64,000 nt of DNA, taken from positions 960,001-1,024,000 of the forward strand of contig CAVZDU010000001.1 in NCBI GenBank assembly GCA_963774265.1. The letters run 5' to 3'. The translations under genes were made by a program, and so were the position numbers. This document shows, piece by piece, positions 1 to 9,210 of the stretch. The notes beneath the pieces are model-generated. The model worked only from the letters and a program-made list of their open reading frames with translations, was not told the origin of the DNA and made no database searches. The stretch comes from an uncultured Chloroflexia bacterium (lineage in GTDB: Bacteria; Chloroflexota; Anaerolineae; CG2-30-64-16). How positions within the stretch are numbered: position 1 is the stretch's first letter; each line of letters begins with the position of its first letter.

Positions 1-220
1 TTACACCACGGTGAATATGACCATCGGGAAAATCCGTGACTTTATAGACCGTGGGGAGGCCGAGTTATTGAGCGAGCCGCTCAAGGAGGAGATCACTGAA
101 AAGTTGACCGCATTGCAGGCCGCCATGGACGCGGCGCCCAAGCCCCTCGCCTGGAAAATGCGAGCGAAGCTGGGCACCCGCGTTCCCTGGTATGAAGAAG
201 TTGAAGAAGTGCATCGCTGA
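1..220 (+). CDS. 5'-truncated conserved protein (C-terminus ...KPLAWKMRAKLGTRVPWYEEVEE; possibly nucleotidyltransferase-like)
   Basis: Open frame at the window edge ending in TGA at 218-220. The W-K-x-R-A-K-x-G-T-R-x-x-W-Y-E-E-V-E tail looks conserved. Family assignment is tentative. Confidence 0.5.
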   Translation, partial: YTTVNMTIGKIRDFIDRGEAELLSEPLKEEITEKLTALQAAMDAAPKPLAWKMRAKLGTRVPWYEEVEEVHR

Positions 221-221
221 C

Positions 222-273
222 GCAGAGACGTAGAGACGTAGAGACGTAGCATGCTACGTCTCTACGTCTCTAC
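222..273. repeat. REP family A palindrome (TAG allele) with extra 8-bp GTAGAGAC/GTCTCTAC units
   Basis: GCAGAGAC-GTAGAGAC-GTAGAGAC-GTAGCATGCTAC-GTCTCTAC-GTCTCTAC. Positions 230-273 form a perfect 44-bp palindrome. Confidence 0.95.
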
Positions 274-331
274 AATTCGAAATCGGTTCGAACCTCGCGC
301 CCCACAAGGACGCGCACGCGGAGTATCATCT

Positions 332-2155
332 ATGCCCACCAGTTATCTCAATCATTACCTCCACATCGATCTCAGCACCGGCAAGTGGACACCGTTTAGC
401 CTGCCGCAGGAGGTGCTCACACAATACGTCGGTGGCAAGGGTGTCGGCGCTTATCTCCTGGCGCAGCATCAGGACCCCCTGGCGGAACCGTTCGATCCGT
501 CGAATCCGTTGATCTTCATCATGGGACCGCTCACGGGCACCCAGGCGCCGTCGATGCGCTCTGGTGTCGTCTTTCAGTCGCCCGTCACCCGGTTGTTCAC
601 TGATTCGTACTACGGCGGCTTTTTTGGACAGGAGTTACGCTCGGCCGGATATGACGGCCTGCTGATCACGGGGCGTGCGCCTGAGCTGAGCCTTCTGGAG
701 ATCGACAACGATCGCCTGACCCTCAAGCCGGCTGCAGACCTGCAGGGGCTTGACACTTACGAGGTATACGATCGGCTGCGCCCCGCTTACCCTCAGAAGG
801 ATTGGCGCATCGCCTGTATCGGGCCCGCCGGGGAAAACCTGGTTAAGTTCGCGGTGATCGACTGCGACCCGCACCGGCAGGCCGGTCGCGGCGGCGGGGG
901 TGCAGTGATGGGGGCCAAGAACCTCAAAGCAATCGTCGTGCGGGGCACCCATCGCATTCCGCTCGCTGATCCCGACGCATTCAAAGTGACCTTGCGCGCA
1001 ACCCTGGCCACTATGAAGGATAACGCCTCGCTGCAAGGCTTCCGCTCCGGCGGCACCGCTGCCTCGATTCCCTGGGCTGATGTCGAGGGGCTTCTGCCGA
1101 CCCGGAACTTCCAGCGCGGCAGCTTTGCTGGCGCCGCAGCCCTGGGCGATGAGGCCCAGCGCGCCAAGTTCTGGGACAAAGACACGGCCTGCGCCGTGTG
1201 CCCGATCGCCTGCAGCAAGGATGGCAGCATCAAGGAGGGCGAGCACGCAGGACTGAAGGGTGATACGCTGGAATATGAGAGCGCAGCCATGCTGGGCAGC
1301 AACATCGAGGTGGGTGACACAATCGATGCCGTCTGTCTCGGCTTGCTGTGCGACAAGCTCGGGTTGGACACCATCTCGGCCGGCGCAGTGCTCAGCTTTG
1401 CGTGCGAGGCCGTCGAGAAGGGCTTGCTCGACGCGGATGTGCGGTTCGGCGATGCAAAGAGCCTTTCCAGCATGCTGCTTGACATTACACATCGCTACGA
1501 GGCGGGGGATCTGCTGGCCGAGGGCGTGGCCGCGGCCGCATCCAAACTGGGCGGCGATGCCCCGAACTTCGCTATCCACGTTAAGGGCCTGGAACTGCCG
1601 GCGTGGGGACCGCGCGGTGCACCCGGCATGGGGCTGGCCTACATGACCGGCGACCGGGGCGGCTGTCACCAACGCGCATTCCCCATCCTTTATGAGGTCG
1701 GCGGCGAGACCTGGAAAGGGCAGACGTACGAACGCCTGGCGCTTGACGGGAAGGCGCAGTTGCTGGCCGAGCTGCAAAACAAGCTGGCCGGGCTGGATAC
1801 CATGACCACGTGCGATTTTGCGCGCTACGGCGTCACTGAGGAACAATATCTCGACCTGTTTGCTGCCGCCACAGGCCGGCGCATCGGGCAAGACGAACTC
1901 TATCAGCTCGGCGAGCGCATCTGGAACCTGACGCGGCTCTTCAATTTGAAGGCTGGCATGACCGCGGCACAGGAGGACTTGCCGGGTCGCTTTAAGAGCG
2001 AACCCCTGGCAGACGGCCCCGCGGCCGGACACTACTTCGCCCAGGCCGATATCGAGTCGCTGCGCTCTGACTACTATGTCGTGCGCGGCTGGGATCAGAA
2101 CGGCGCGCCCACGCCAGAAAAACTCGCCGCCCTTGGGGTGGTGTATCCGCAATAA
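332..2155 (+). CDS. aor: Aldehyde:ferredoxin oxidoreductase family (tungstopterin)
   Basis: YVGGKG, IGPAGENLV, AGRGGGGAVMGAKNLKAI, CxxCPIAC, EYES, CDKLGLDTIS, DRGGCH, YYxxRGWD motifs. GGAG RBS before ATG 332. Confidence 0.92.
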   Translation: MPTSYLNHYLHIDLSTGKWTPFSLPQEVLTQYVGGKGVGAYLLAQHQDPLAEPFDPSNPLIFIMGPLTGTQAPSMRSGVVFQSPVTRLFTDSYYGGFFGQELRSAGYDGLLITGRAPELSLLEIDNDRLTLKPAADLQGLDTYEVYDRLRPAYPQKDWRIACIGPAGENLVKFAVIDCDPHRQAGRGGGGAVMGAKNLKAIVVRGTHRIPLADPDAFKVTLRATLATMKDNASLQGFRSGGTAASIPWADVEGLLPTRNFQRGSFAGAAALGDEAQRAKFWDKDTACAVCPIACSKDGSIKEGEHAGLKGDTLEYESAAMLGSNIEVGDTIDAVCLGLLCDKLGLDTISAGAVLSFACEAVEKGLLDADVRFGDAKSLSSMLLDITHRYEAGDLLAEGVAAAASKLGGDAPNFAIHVKGLELPAWGPRGAPGMGLAYMTGDRGGCHQRAFPILYEVGGETWKGQTYERLALDGKAQLLAELQNKLAGLDTMTTCDFARYGVTEEQYLDLFAAATGRRIGQDELYQLGERIWNLTRLFNLKAGMTAAQEDLPGRFKSEPLADGPAAGHYFAQADIESLRSDYYVVRGWDQNGAPTPEKLAALGVVYPQ

Positions 2156-2198
2156 TAGCAGCGCCTATTGCAATTCAATTTGGTCAAAGGAGACACCT

Positions 2199-3365
2199 AT
2201 GGTTAATCTGCGGTCCTTCGAAGTCCCTACTGTCGTCAAGCATGCTCCCGGTGCAGTCGAGTGCCTGGCGGATCAAGTCAAGGCCTTGGGCATTGTTCGC
2301 CCAATGATCGTCACGGACCAGGGCCTGGTCAAAGCCGGCATCGTGGATCGAGTGACGGAAGTTTTGCGCGGGGGCAACGTCGACTATCTTCTGTTCGACC
2401 GTGTGGTGGCAAACCCGCCGATCAAGCTGGTGGATGACGCCGCGGTGCTCTATAAGACAGAGAAATGCGACGGTCTGATTGGCGTTGGCGGCGGCAGCCC
2501 GATGGACACGGCCAAGGCAATTGGCGTGGTGGCCGAAAATGGCGGCTCGATCCTGCAATACGAGTGGGCAGATCCACAGCCCATCGTGCGGCCCATCCCC
2601 CCGCTGATCACCGTCCCGACCACGGCCGGCACCGGCAGTGAGGTGACCCTCTGGTCCGTAATCACTGACCCGAATCGGCACATTAAGTACAACGTGGGTG
2701 GAACCCCGTTTATCGCGGCCAAGATGGCGTTGATCGACCCGCTACTGATGCTGGACATGCCCGCGCACATCACCGCCAGCACGGGCCTGGATGCACTGAC
2801 GCATGCCATCGAGTGCTACACATGCGCATACGCTCAGCCGTGGCCGGATGCTGTGGCTCTCTGGGCGATGGAGACGCTGGCGCAATGGCTGCCTATTGCG
2901 TTCGCCCAGGGCCATAACGTCGAGGCCCGGTACAAGGTCGCTATGGCCGCCATGCTCGCCGGCATGTCCTACGGCACGGAAAGCGCCGGCGCCGTGCATG
3001 CCATGAGCCAGACGGCTGGTGGTTACTACGATCTGCCCCACGGCGTCCTGACCGCGGCCATGCTGCCCCCTGTCATGGCCTACAATTACCTGGGTGAGCC
3101 GCAGAAGTATGCGCGCATCGCGCAGGCGATGGGCGTCAACACCTGGGGTATGACCCAGCTCGAGGCGGCCGAGTCTGCGGTCGACGCGGTGCGGGACTTC
3201 GTCAAGCTCCTCGAAATCCCGACGGTGACCGAGTTGGGGGTGAAGAAGGAAGACATGCAGATGTTGGTCGACATGGCGTACAACGATCCACAAACGATCG
3301 GGAACCCCCGCGACCTGATCCGGAAGAGCTATGAGCAGATCTACGGAATGTGCCTTGCGGCTTGA
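2199..3365 (+). CDS. Iron-containing alcohol dehydrogenase, GbsB (choline dehydrogenase)-like
   Basis: GGGSPMDTAKAIG, PTTAGTGSEVT, DALTHAIECYT. Subfamily-type segments FEVPTVVKH, YGTESAGAVHAMSQT and DPQTIGNPRDL recall Bacillus GbsB. AAGGAG RBS. Confidence 0.85.
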   Translation: MVNLRSFEVPTVVKHAPGAVECLADQVKALGIVRPMIVTDQGLVKAGIVDRVTEVLRGGNVDYLLFDRVVANPPIKLVDDAAVLYKTEKCDGLIGVGGGSPMDTAKAIGVVAENGGSILQYEWADPQPIVRPIPPLITVPTTAGTGSEVTLWSVITDPNRHIKYNVGGTPFIAAKMALIDPLLMLDMPAHITASTGLDALTHAIECYTCAYAQPWPDAVALWAMETLAQWLPIAFAQGHNVEARYKVAMAAMLAGMSYGTESAGAVHAMSQTAGGYYDLPHGVLTAAMLPPVMAYNYLGEPQKYARIAQAMGVNTWGMTQLEAAESAVDAVRDFVKLLEIPTVTELGVKKEDMQMLVDMAYNDPQTIGNPRDLIRKSYEQIYGMCLAA

Positions 3366-3394
3366 TTAGTGCGGTGAAGTGCGCGAGGAGGTTC

Positions 3395-3423
3395 TTGACA
3401 GCAGGGTGATCCTGTGATATACT
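3395..3423 (+). promoter_or_regulatory. Sigma70-type promoter
   Basis: TTGACA-N17-TATACT directly upstream of the riboswitch. Confidence 0.85.
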
Positions 3424-3435
3424 AGAAATATATCA
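3415..3435. promoter_or_regulatory. Candidate GntR-family operator
   Basis: Inverted repeat TGATATA-N7-TATATCA overlapping the -10 box and start site. Two GntR/FCD genes lie downstream. Confidence 0.5.
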
Positions 3436-3580
3436 GGGTGAAGTCCGGTGACTCGTGCAATGACGACAGGCCGGCGCTGTCCCGCAACTGTGAGGCGTGG
3501 CTTAGTTGTCTGCGCCAAGCCAGACCGCCCCTTGCCGACCATGCACATCGTGCGGTCGTGAGCGCGAAGGATTCCCGCGG
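3432..3580 (+). ncRNA. Cobalamin (B12) riboswitch
   Basis: GAAGTCCGGTG...CCGGCGCTGTCCCGCAACTGTGA...AAGCCAGACCGCCC matches the conserved cobalamin aptamer core and B12 box. It lies between a promoter and a terminator. Confidence 0.88.
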
Positions 3581-3615
3581 AGGGGTCTCGCTGTCAAACA
3601 GCGAGACCCCTTTTC
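3581..3615 (+). terminator. Intrinsic terminator (riboswitch expression platform)
   Basis: AGGGGTCTCGCTGT-CAA-ACAGCGAGACCCCT followed by TTTCTATT. Confidence 0.85.
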
Positions 3616-3757
3616 TATTCCTTCCCATTGTCCATCGGTTGGGAGGTGACCGACAGCCCCTACAAAGCATAACGCACCGCCATAAGGGGCAGATTCCAAG
3701 ATCGATTCAACTCTGTTAGTACACAAACACCCCAGATGTCTTTCAAGGAGGACGTAA

Positions 3758-5152
3758 ATGTCTAGTCGAAACCGTGGCTCTCGGACCGGGAGCCTTTTGG
3801 CCCTCTTAATGGTTCTTACGATAGCCCTGTCGCTCGCCGGCTGTGCACAACCAGCCGCACCGACTGCTGCCCCCCAGGCAGCCGCACCGACTGCTGCCCC
3901 CCAGGCAGCCGCACCGACTGCTGCCCCCCAGGCAGCTGCACCGACTGCTGCCCCTCAGGCGGCCGCACCGAGCAAAGTCTTCAAATTGGGCGTGGACGGC
4001 CCCTTCAGCGGGCCGGGCGCGAAGACCGGCGAAGAGTTCAGGCGCTCGTTCCAGATGGCCATGGAGGCGATCAATTACACAATTGGTGATTACAAGATCG
4101 AGCCTGTCTGGATCGACGACCAGTCCGACCCGGCCAAGGGCGCCGCGGCCTACGAGCAGGCCGTCGTGCAGGATAAGATCCAGGCGGGGATTCTGCAACT
4201 GGAACAGCTCGGTGGCGGTTGCGCTCATGGAATTCACCGCCAAGTACAAGATCCCTCACTTCTTCGGTTTCGGCGCCACCGAGGTGGTCAATGAGACCTT
4301 TGCGTCTGATCCCGAGAAATACGGCTACTGGATGAATCAAGGGTTGGGCGTCGCCGAGCAAGCTAACGATATCTTACGTCGATGCGTTGGAAGATGCGAT
4401 TGCCAAGGGCACCTATCAAGCCGGAAGCCAAGACGGTCGCTCTCGCCGGCGAGGACACCGACTGGGGACGCAGCTTCCTGCGGAGCCATCAAGGGCCAGT
4501 TCGAAGCGAAGGGTTGGAAGATCGTCTGCTGAAGAGTACTTCCCGATCGATCAGAGCGAGTTCACGCCCCTGATGACCAAGCTGAAGGAGAGCGATCCGG
4601 CCGTGTTGGTGGTGTCCAGCGTTGTGACCCCGGTGTCGTCGGCTGCAATCAAGCAGGCGGAACAGGTGGGACTGAAGAGTCTGATCATTGCCGACGGCCT
4701 GGGGTGGGCTGGCAACTGGTACGAGCTGACGGGCAAGTCCTCCGAATTATGTGCTGGACCAGATCCCACAGCTGGCGACGGATAAGGCGAAGGCGTTCGC
4801 CAAGGCGTACGAGACCAAGTACGGCGACAAGCCGAGCCCGTCGGCAGCCGGGTTGGCGTATGATGGCACGAACTACTTTATCGCCATGGCCAACGAGGTC
4901 ATCAAGGTGAACAACGGTGAGTTGACCGGCGAGGCCATCTACAAATTCGTGAAGGAAAAAATCTGGACGGGCGAGTGGATCTATAAGGACGGGATCATCA
5001 TGCCGGCGTACAAGTATATGCCGGACACGATTCCGGATCCAGTGGTCGGCGCCGGCTATTACATGTTCCCGGTGCTGCAATACTTTGATGGCGAAAGCAA
5101 GATCGTGTTCCCCAACGACGTTGCTACGCAGCCTCTACAAGCCAAGCCGTAG
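3758..5152 (+). CDS. LivK-like ABC substrate-binding lipoprotein (several apparent frameshifts)
   Basis: Lipobox LAGC, Ala/Pro linker, KLGVDGPFSG, DDQSDP, NWNSSVAVA, GEDTDWGRS, GLAYDG spread across frames. Confidence 0.85.
3854..3970 (+). repeat. 27-bp tandem repeat (4 copies plus a partial) encoding an AAPTAAPQA linker
   Basis: GCCGCACCGACTGCTGCCCCCCAGGCA repeated. Confidence 0.95.
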
Positions 5153-5161
5153 CACCAGGCG

Positions 5162-5194
5162 CCCGGGACCCGGCCACGCAGGCAGGGTCCCGGG
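5162..5194 (+). terminator. Stem-loop after the binding-protein gene (partial terminator or mRNA stabiliser)
   Basis: CCCGGGACCC...GGGTCCCGGG followed by TTTGGT. Confidence 0.5.
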
Positions 5195-5261
5195 TTTGGT
5201 CTCCTCGGGGCAGGGCGGCCCTGTTCTACCGCTGCTTTCGGCACGTCTCAGGCGGTGACAG

Positions 5262-5995
5262 ATGATCCTTGAGGCCAGCAATGTCGTGAAGAATTTTGGC
5301 GGCTTGACTGCCGTCAATCGCGTGTCGCTCCAGGTGGACGAGGGAGAAATCATCGGGCTGATAGGGCCCAACGGTGCTGGTAAGACGACTTTCCTCAACT
5401 GTTTGGCCGGCACCTTCAGGCCCAGCTGCAGGCACGGTGCACTTCCGGGGGGAGAACACAACTGGAGCTTCGGCAGACGTCATGTGCCACCGGGGTATGT
5501 CGCGTACTTTCCAGATTCCGCTTCCCTTTCCTAAGATGACGGTTCTGGAGAACGTCATGGTGGGAGCGCAATTTGGTGGTGGGAGCCGCCATCATGCGGC
5601 GCCTGCCAGGCAGCGGGCGGAGGAAGCGCTGGCTTTCGTGCAGTTTTCCTTGCCGCTCGATACACCGGCTCAGCTGGTGCAACGCGGTGCAGCTCAAACG
5701 CCTCGACCTGGCCCGTGCCTGGGCATGCAGCCCGAAGCTGCTGTTGCTTGACGAGCTGGCATCTGGGCTGACGCCTACCGAGTTGGACGAGATGATCACG
5801 TTGATCAGAAGCATCCGCGATCGCGGCGTGGCCATCATCGCCGTCGAGCACATTATGCGGGTGATCATGGGCATCTGCGATCGCATCCTGGTGATTCAGT
5901 ACGGCACGCCGATCGCCGAAGGCCTGCCCAACGATGTTTTGCGCGATCCGAAAGTGATTGAGGCCTATCTTGGTGACGAGAAGGTCGCACACTAG
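5262..5995 (+). CDS. livG: LivG-type ABC ATPase (frameshifted)
   Basis: [39 protein letters not shown]. Confidence 0.85.
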
Positions 5996-6046
5996 CGCCG
6001 GCGCCACGGTACGAGGCGCTTACACTTGTGCGCCCGGGAGGCACCC

Positions 6047-6756
6047 TTGCTCGAAATAAGAAACATCGACACCAGCTATGATTTCCTCCAGGTACTCTGG
6101 GATGTATCCTTGTCGGTCCAGAAGGGCGAGTTCGTGGCCTTGATCGGCCCGAACGGAGCGGGCAAGACCACGACGCTTGCGCACCATTGCTGGGTTGCTG
6201 CGACCCAGGGCGGGTCAAGTCATCTTTGACGGCAGATCCATCAGCGGTCTGACGGCCGCACGAGATCAGCCGCATGGGCCTGGCCTACGTTTCGGAGAGT
6301 CTCAACCTCTTCACTAACATGTCGGTGCACGAGAATCTGCTGCTGGGCGCATACTCCATACAGGACAAAGCAACAGCGCGAAGAGACGTTGCAGTTCGTA
6401 TTCGAATTGTTTCCCCGGTTGGAAGAACGCGCCAGACAGTTGGCCGGCACGATGAGCGGCGGCGAGCGCAAGATGCTGGCCATCGGCCGGGGCATCATGT
6501 CCAGCCCGCGGGCTATGCTGATCGACGAGCCGTCTCTCGGTCTGGCGCCTCACCTGGCTCACGAGGTCTTTCAGGGATTGCGTTACGCTTAACCAGCGTG
6601 GGGTCACGATTCTTCTGGTCGAGCAGAACGTGCACATGACTCTGGAAATCATCCAGCCGGGCCTACGTGATGGAGCATGGCCGCGTGGTCATGGAGGGCC
6701 CGAGCCGGGAGCTGAAACAGAACGAGCACGTCCGCAAGGCCTATCTCGGGATTTGA
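6047..6756 (+). CDS. livF: LivF-type ABC ATPase (frameshifted)
   Basis: [41 protein letters not shown]. Confidence 0.85.
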
Positions 6757-6767
6757 TGAGGAGAGCC

Positions 6768-7821
6768 ATGAGTACCAGCAAAGATCCTCCTGCCGCGAGT
6801 ACGGCAAGACTTCAACCCGTCGCCGCGCAGGAATATACCCGCCCTGGCGGTTGGCGTGCTGTCGTTGGTGATCGCGGTATTGATTGGGGTCAACGGCGGG
6901 CCGGCGCAGCTGTTCACCACCCTGGTCACAGGCGGCATGTGGGCACTGATGTCGGTTGGGCTGGCGCTTATCTTCGGTGTGATGAACATCCCGCATTTCG
7001 CCCACGGCGAATCGTTCATGATCGGGGCCTACGTCGCCTGGTTCGTGTTCACCCCCTTCAAATCGCACGCTGCAGCAGCACCCCAATGCATTTCCTGCGC
7101 GCGGTGGCGCCTTTCGTCGGCATGCTTGCGGCCGCCGTCGTCGGCGCAGTTATGGGTGTAGTGATCGAGCGTCTGATCTTTGCACCCTGCGTCACCGGAC
7201 TAAGGAAGGCTGGGTTATGAACGCCTTTCTGTTGACGGTGGGCCTGTCCTTCGTTCTGACCAACGGCACTACCTTGGCGCTTGGCCCCGACTATCGAGGC
7301 GTGCCGCAATACTGGGACGTGCCGTCACTGCAGTTCCTGGGCATGCGCGTCACCGTGGACCGGTTGGTGGCTTTCGCCGTTGCGTTGCTCGTGATCGGCG
7401 CCCTGTGGCTTTTTCTGCAGCGCACCAGTACCGGCCGGGCGATCCGTGCCGTCTCGCAGGATGAGACGGGCGCGCAGATGGTGGGCATCAATCTCGATGG
7501 CATCCAGACGCTGACCTTTTCCCTGGCCACCGCGACTGCCGCGCTGGCGGGCGCCTCCCTGCTTTTCATGTTCCCGGCCTATCCCCTCGTGGGCCTCAAC
7601 CCGCTCTACTTTTCCTGGTACGTGGTGATGCTCGTCGGACTTGGCAATGTCCCCGGCGCTATCATCGGCGGCTTTATCGTGGCTCTGTTGCAGACGGCAA
7701 CACAACAGTTTTTCGGCATCTCCTGGGAAACGTTATCCCGACAGCAATCATGGTCATCGTGCTGCTGGTGGCGCCTTCGGGCATCTTCGGCAGCGAGGTC
7801 AAGGGCGTTCAAGAACAGTGA
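6768..7821 (+). CDS. livH: LivH-type ABC permease (frameshifted)
   Basis: GLALIFGVMNIPHFAHGE, GRAIRAVSQD, GLGNVPGAIIGG. Confidence 0.85.
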
Positions 7822-7837
7822 GGCGTGAGTGATAGCG

Positions 7838-8902
7838 ATGAAGAGTAACCTCGAGGACAAACAGCAACATGCCGCGGTGAGAGGTGGCCTGTGGCAGACC
7901 CTGGTGGGCGGCTGGATCGCATCGGCATTCACGCCGCTCGGATTGGCCCTGTTGGTGATCATCGCCATCTTGCCGAACGTGCCGCCCTTCAACCAGGAGC
8001 ATATGCTGCGCTGGCTGATCGCCGGCGCGTTCCTCGGACGCCCAGGCAGTGGCCTTCGATTTCACGGCCGGGTTCATCAATGTGGTTAATTTCGGCTTTG
8101 CCGCCATGGTCGGATTGGGAGCCTACACCTCAGCCCTCTTGGCCAACACCGCTCCGTACCTGGTGCTCAGGCCGGGGATATCGCCCTGGATCGGCATTTG
8201 GGTTGGCGCACTGGTGGCAGGCCTGCTGGGCTTGGTGCTCGGCATGCTTACTTTGCGTCTGCGTGGCATCTATGCAGCGGTGATGGCCTGGTTTGTGGGC
8301 ATTGCCCTGCTGGGTTTGGCCAACAATCTGACCAGGCTGACGCGCGGTTCGATGGGTTTGCATCCGCGGGCTCTGTTCACCACGACTGATAATCTGCCGT
8401 ACTTCTACGTCATCCTGGGCATGCTGCTGCTCATCTACGTCACCTTGCACCTGGTCACCAAGTCGTCGTACGGCCTGGCCTTCAAGGCCATCGGGCAGAA
8501 CATCGATGCCGCGCGGGCTTCAGGGATCGATCCGACGAAGTACCGGGTGTTCAACTTCGCGCTGTCGTGCTTCTTCGCGGGCCTGCTCGGTGGATTCTAT
8601 GCACACTACTACGGCTCGCTGACCCCTAAGAACGTGATGCACACCTCAAAGACAGTGGAAGTGCTCGCCAGTTGCCTATATCGGCGGTCGCGGCAGCCTG
8701 TGGGGCGGCATCGCGTTCGCGTTCCCCTTCATCTTCTTCATCGAGTACTTGCGCTCCAGTCTGACCGATCTTGCCCGGGCTGCACCTGGTGATTTACGGC
8801 ATCGTGATGATGCTGGTGATGATCTACTATCCCGCCGGGTTCGCCGGGGCCTACTACTGGCTGACCTCGAAACTGCGCCGGGGCAGCCGCCCAAAGAGGT
8901 AG
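7838..8902 (+). CDS. livM: LivM-type ABC permease (frameshifted)
   Basis: NFGFAAMVGLGAY, LRLRGIY, GLAFKAIGQN, GGRGSLWG. Confidence 0.85.
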
Positions 8903-8922
8903 ATCAAAGGGGAAGATAAGGC

Positions 8923-9210
8923 GTGACCCGATCTGATCATTATCCCGCCGAGTTTGAGCAATTCACCATCCAGGTGGACGGTGAATCGCTGCCGGCCCGG
9001 CGCGGGCAGACGGTGGCGGCGGTATTGACCGGCGCAGGCCGGCTGGTCCTGCGCCGGACCGCCAGCGGCGCGCCGCGCGGTGTCTTCTGTGGCATGGGCG
9101 TCTGCTATGACTGTGTCGTGACGATCGATGGCGTTCCCGATCAGCGCGCGTGCATGACGCCCGCGCGCCCGGGCATGTGGGTGCAAACGCACTCCCGCCA
9201 GGAACCTTGA
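8923..9210 (+). CDS. [2Fe-2S] subunit (HcnA/LhpF-like) of a heterotrimeric amino-acid dehydrogenase
   Basis: RGVFCGMGVCYDCVVTIDG...RACMT. Confidence 0.88.
   Translation: MTRSDHYPAEFEQFTIQVDGESLPARRGQTVAAVLTGAGRLVLRRTASGAPRGVFCGMGVCYDCVVTIDGVPDQRACMTPARPGMWVQTHSRQEP

Noticed and set aside
251-331. N-terminal extension of AOR from ATG 251
   Set aside because: That ATG lies in the centre of the REP palindrome; the RBS-supported start is 332.
3854-3970. 27-bp repeat as a regulatory or mobile array
   Set aside because: It is an in-frame Ala/Pro/Thr linker after a lipobox, a common feature of such lipoproteins.
3758-8902. Programmed frameshifting or true pseudogenes in the ABC operon
   Set aside because: Multiple scattered indels per gene with no slippery-site pattern; better explained as sequencing error.
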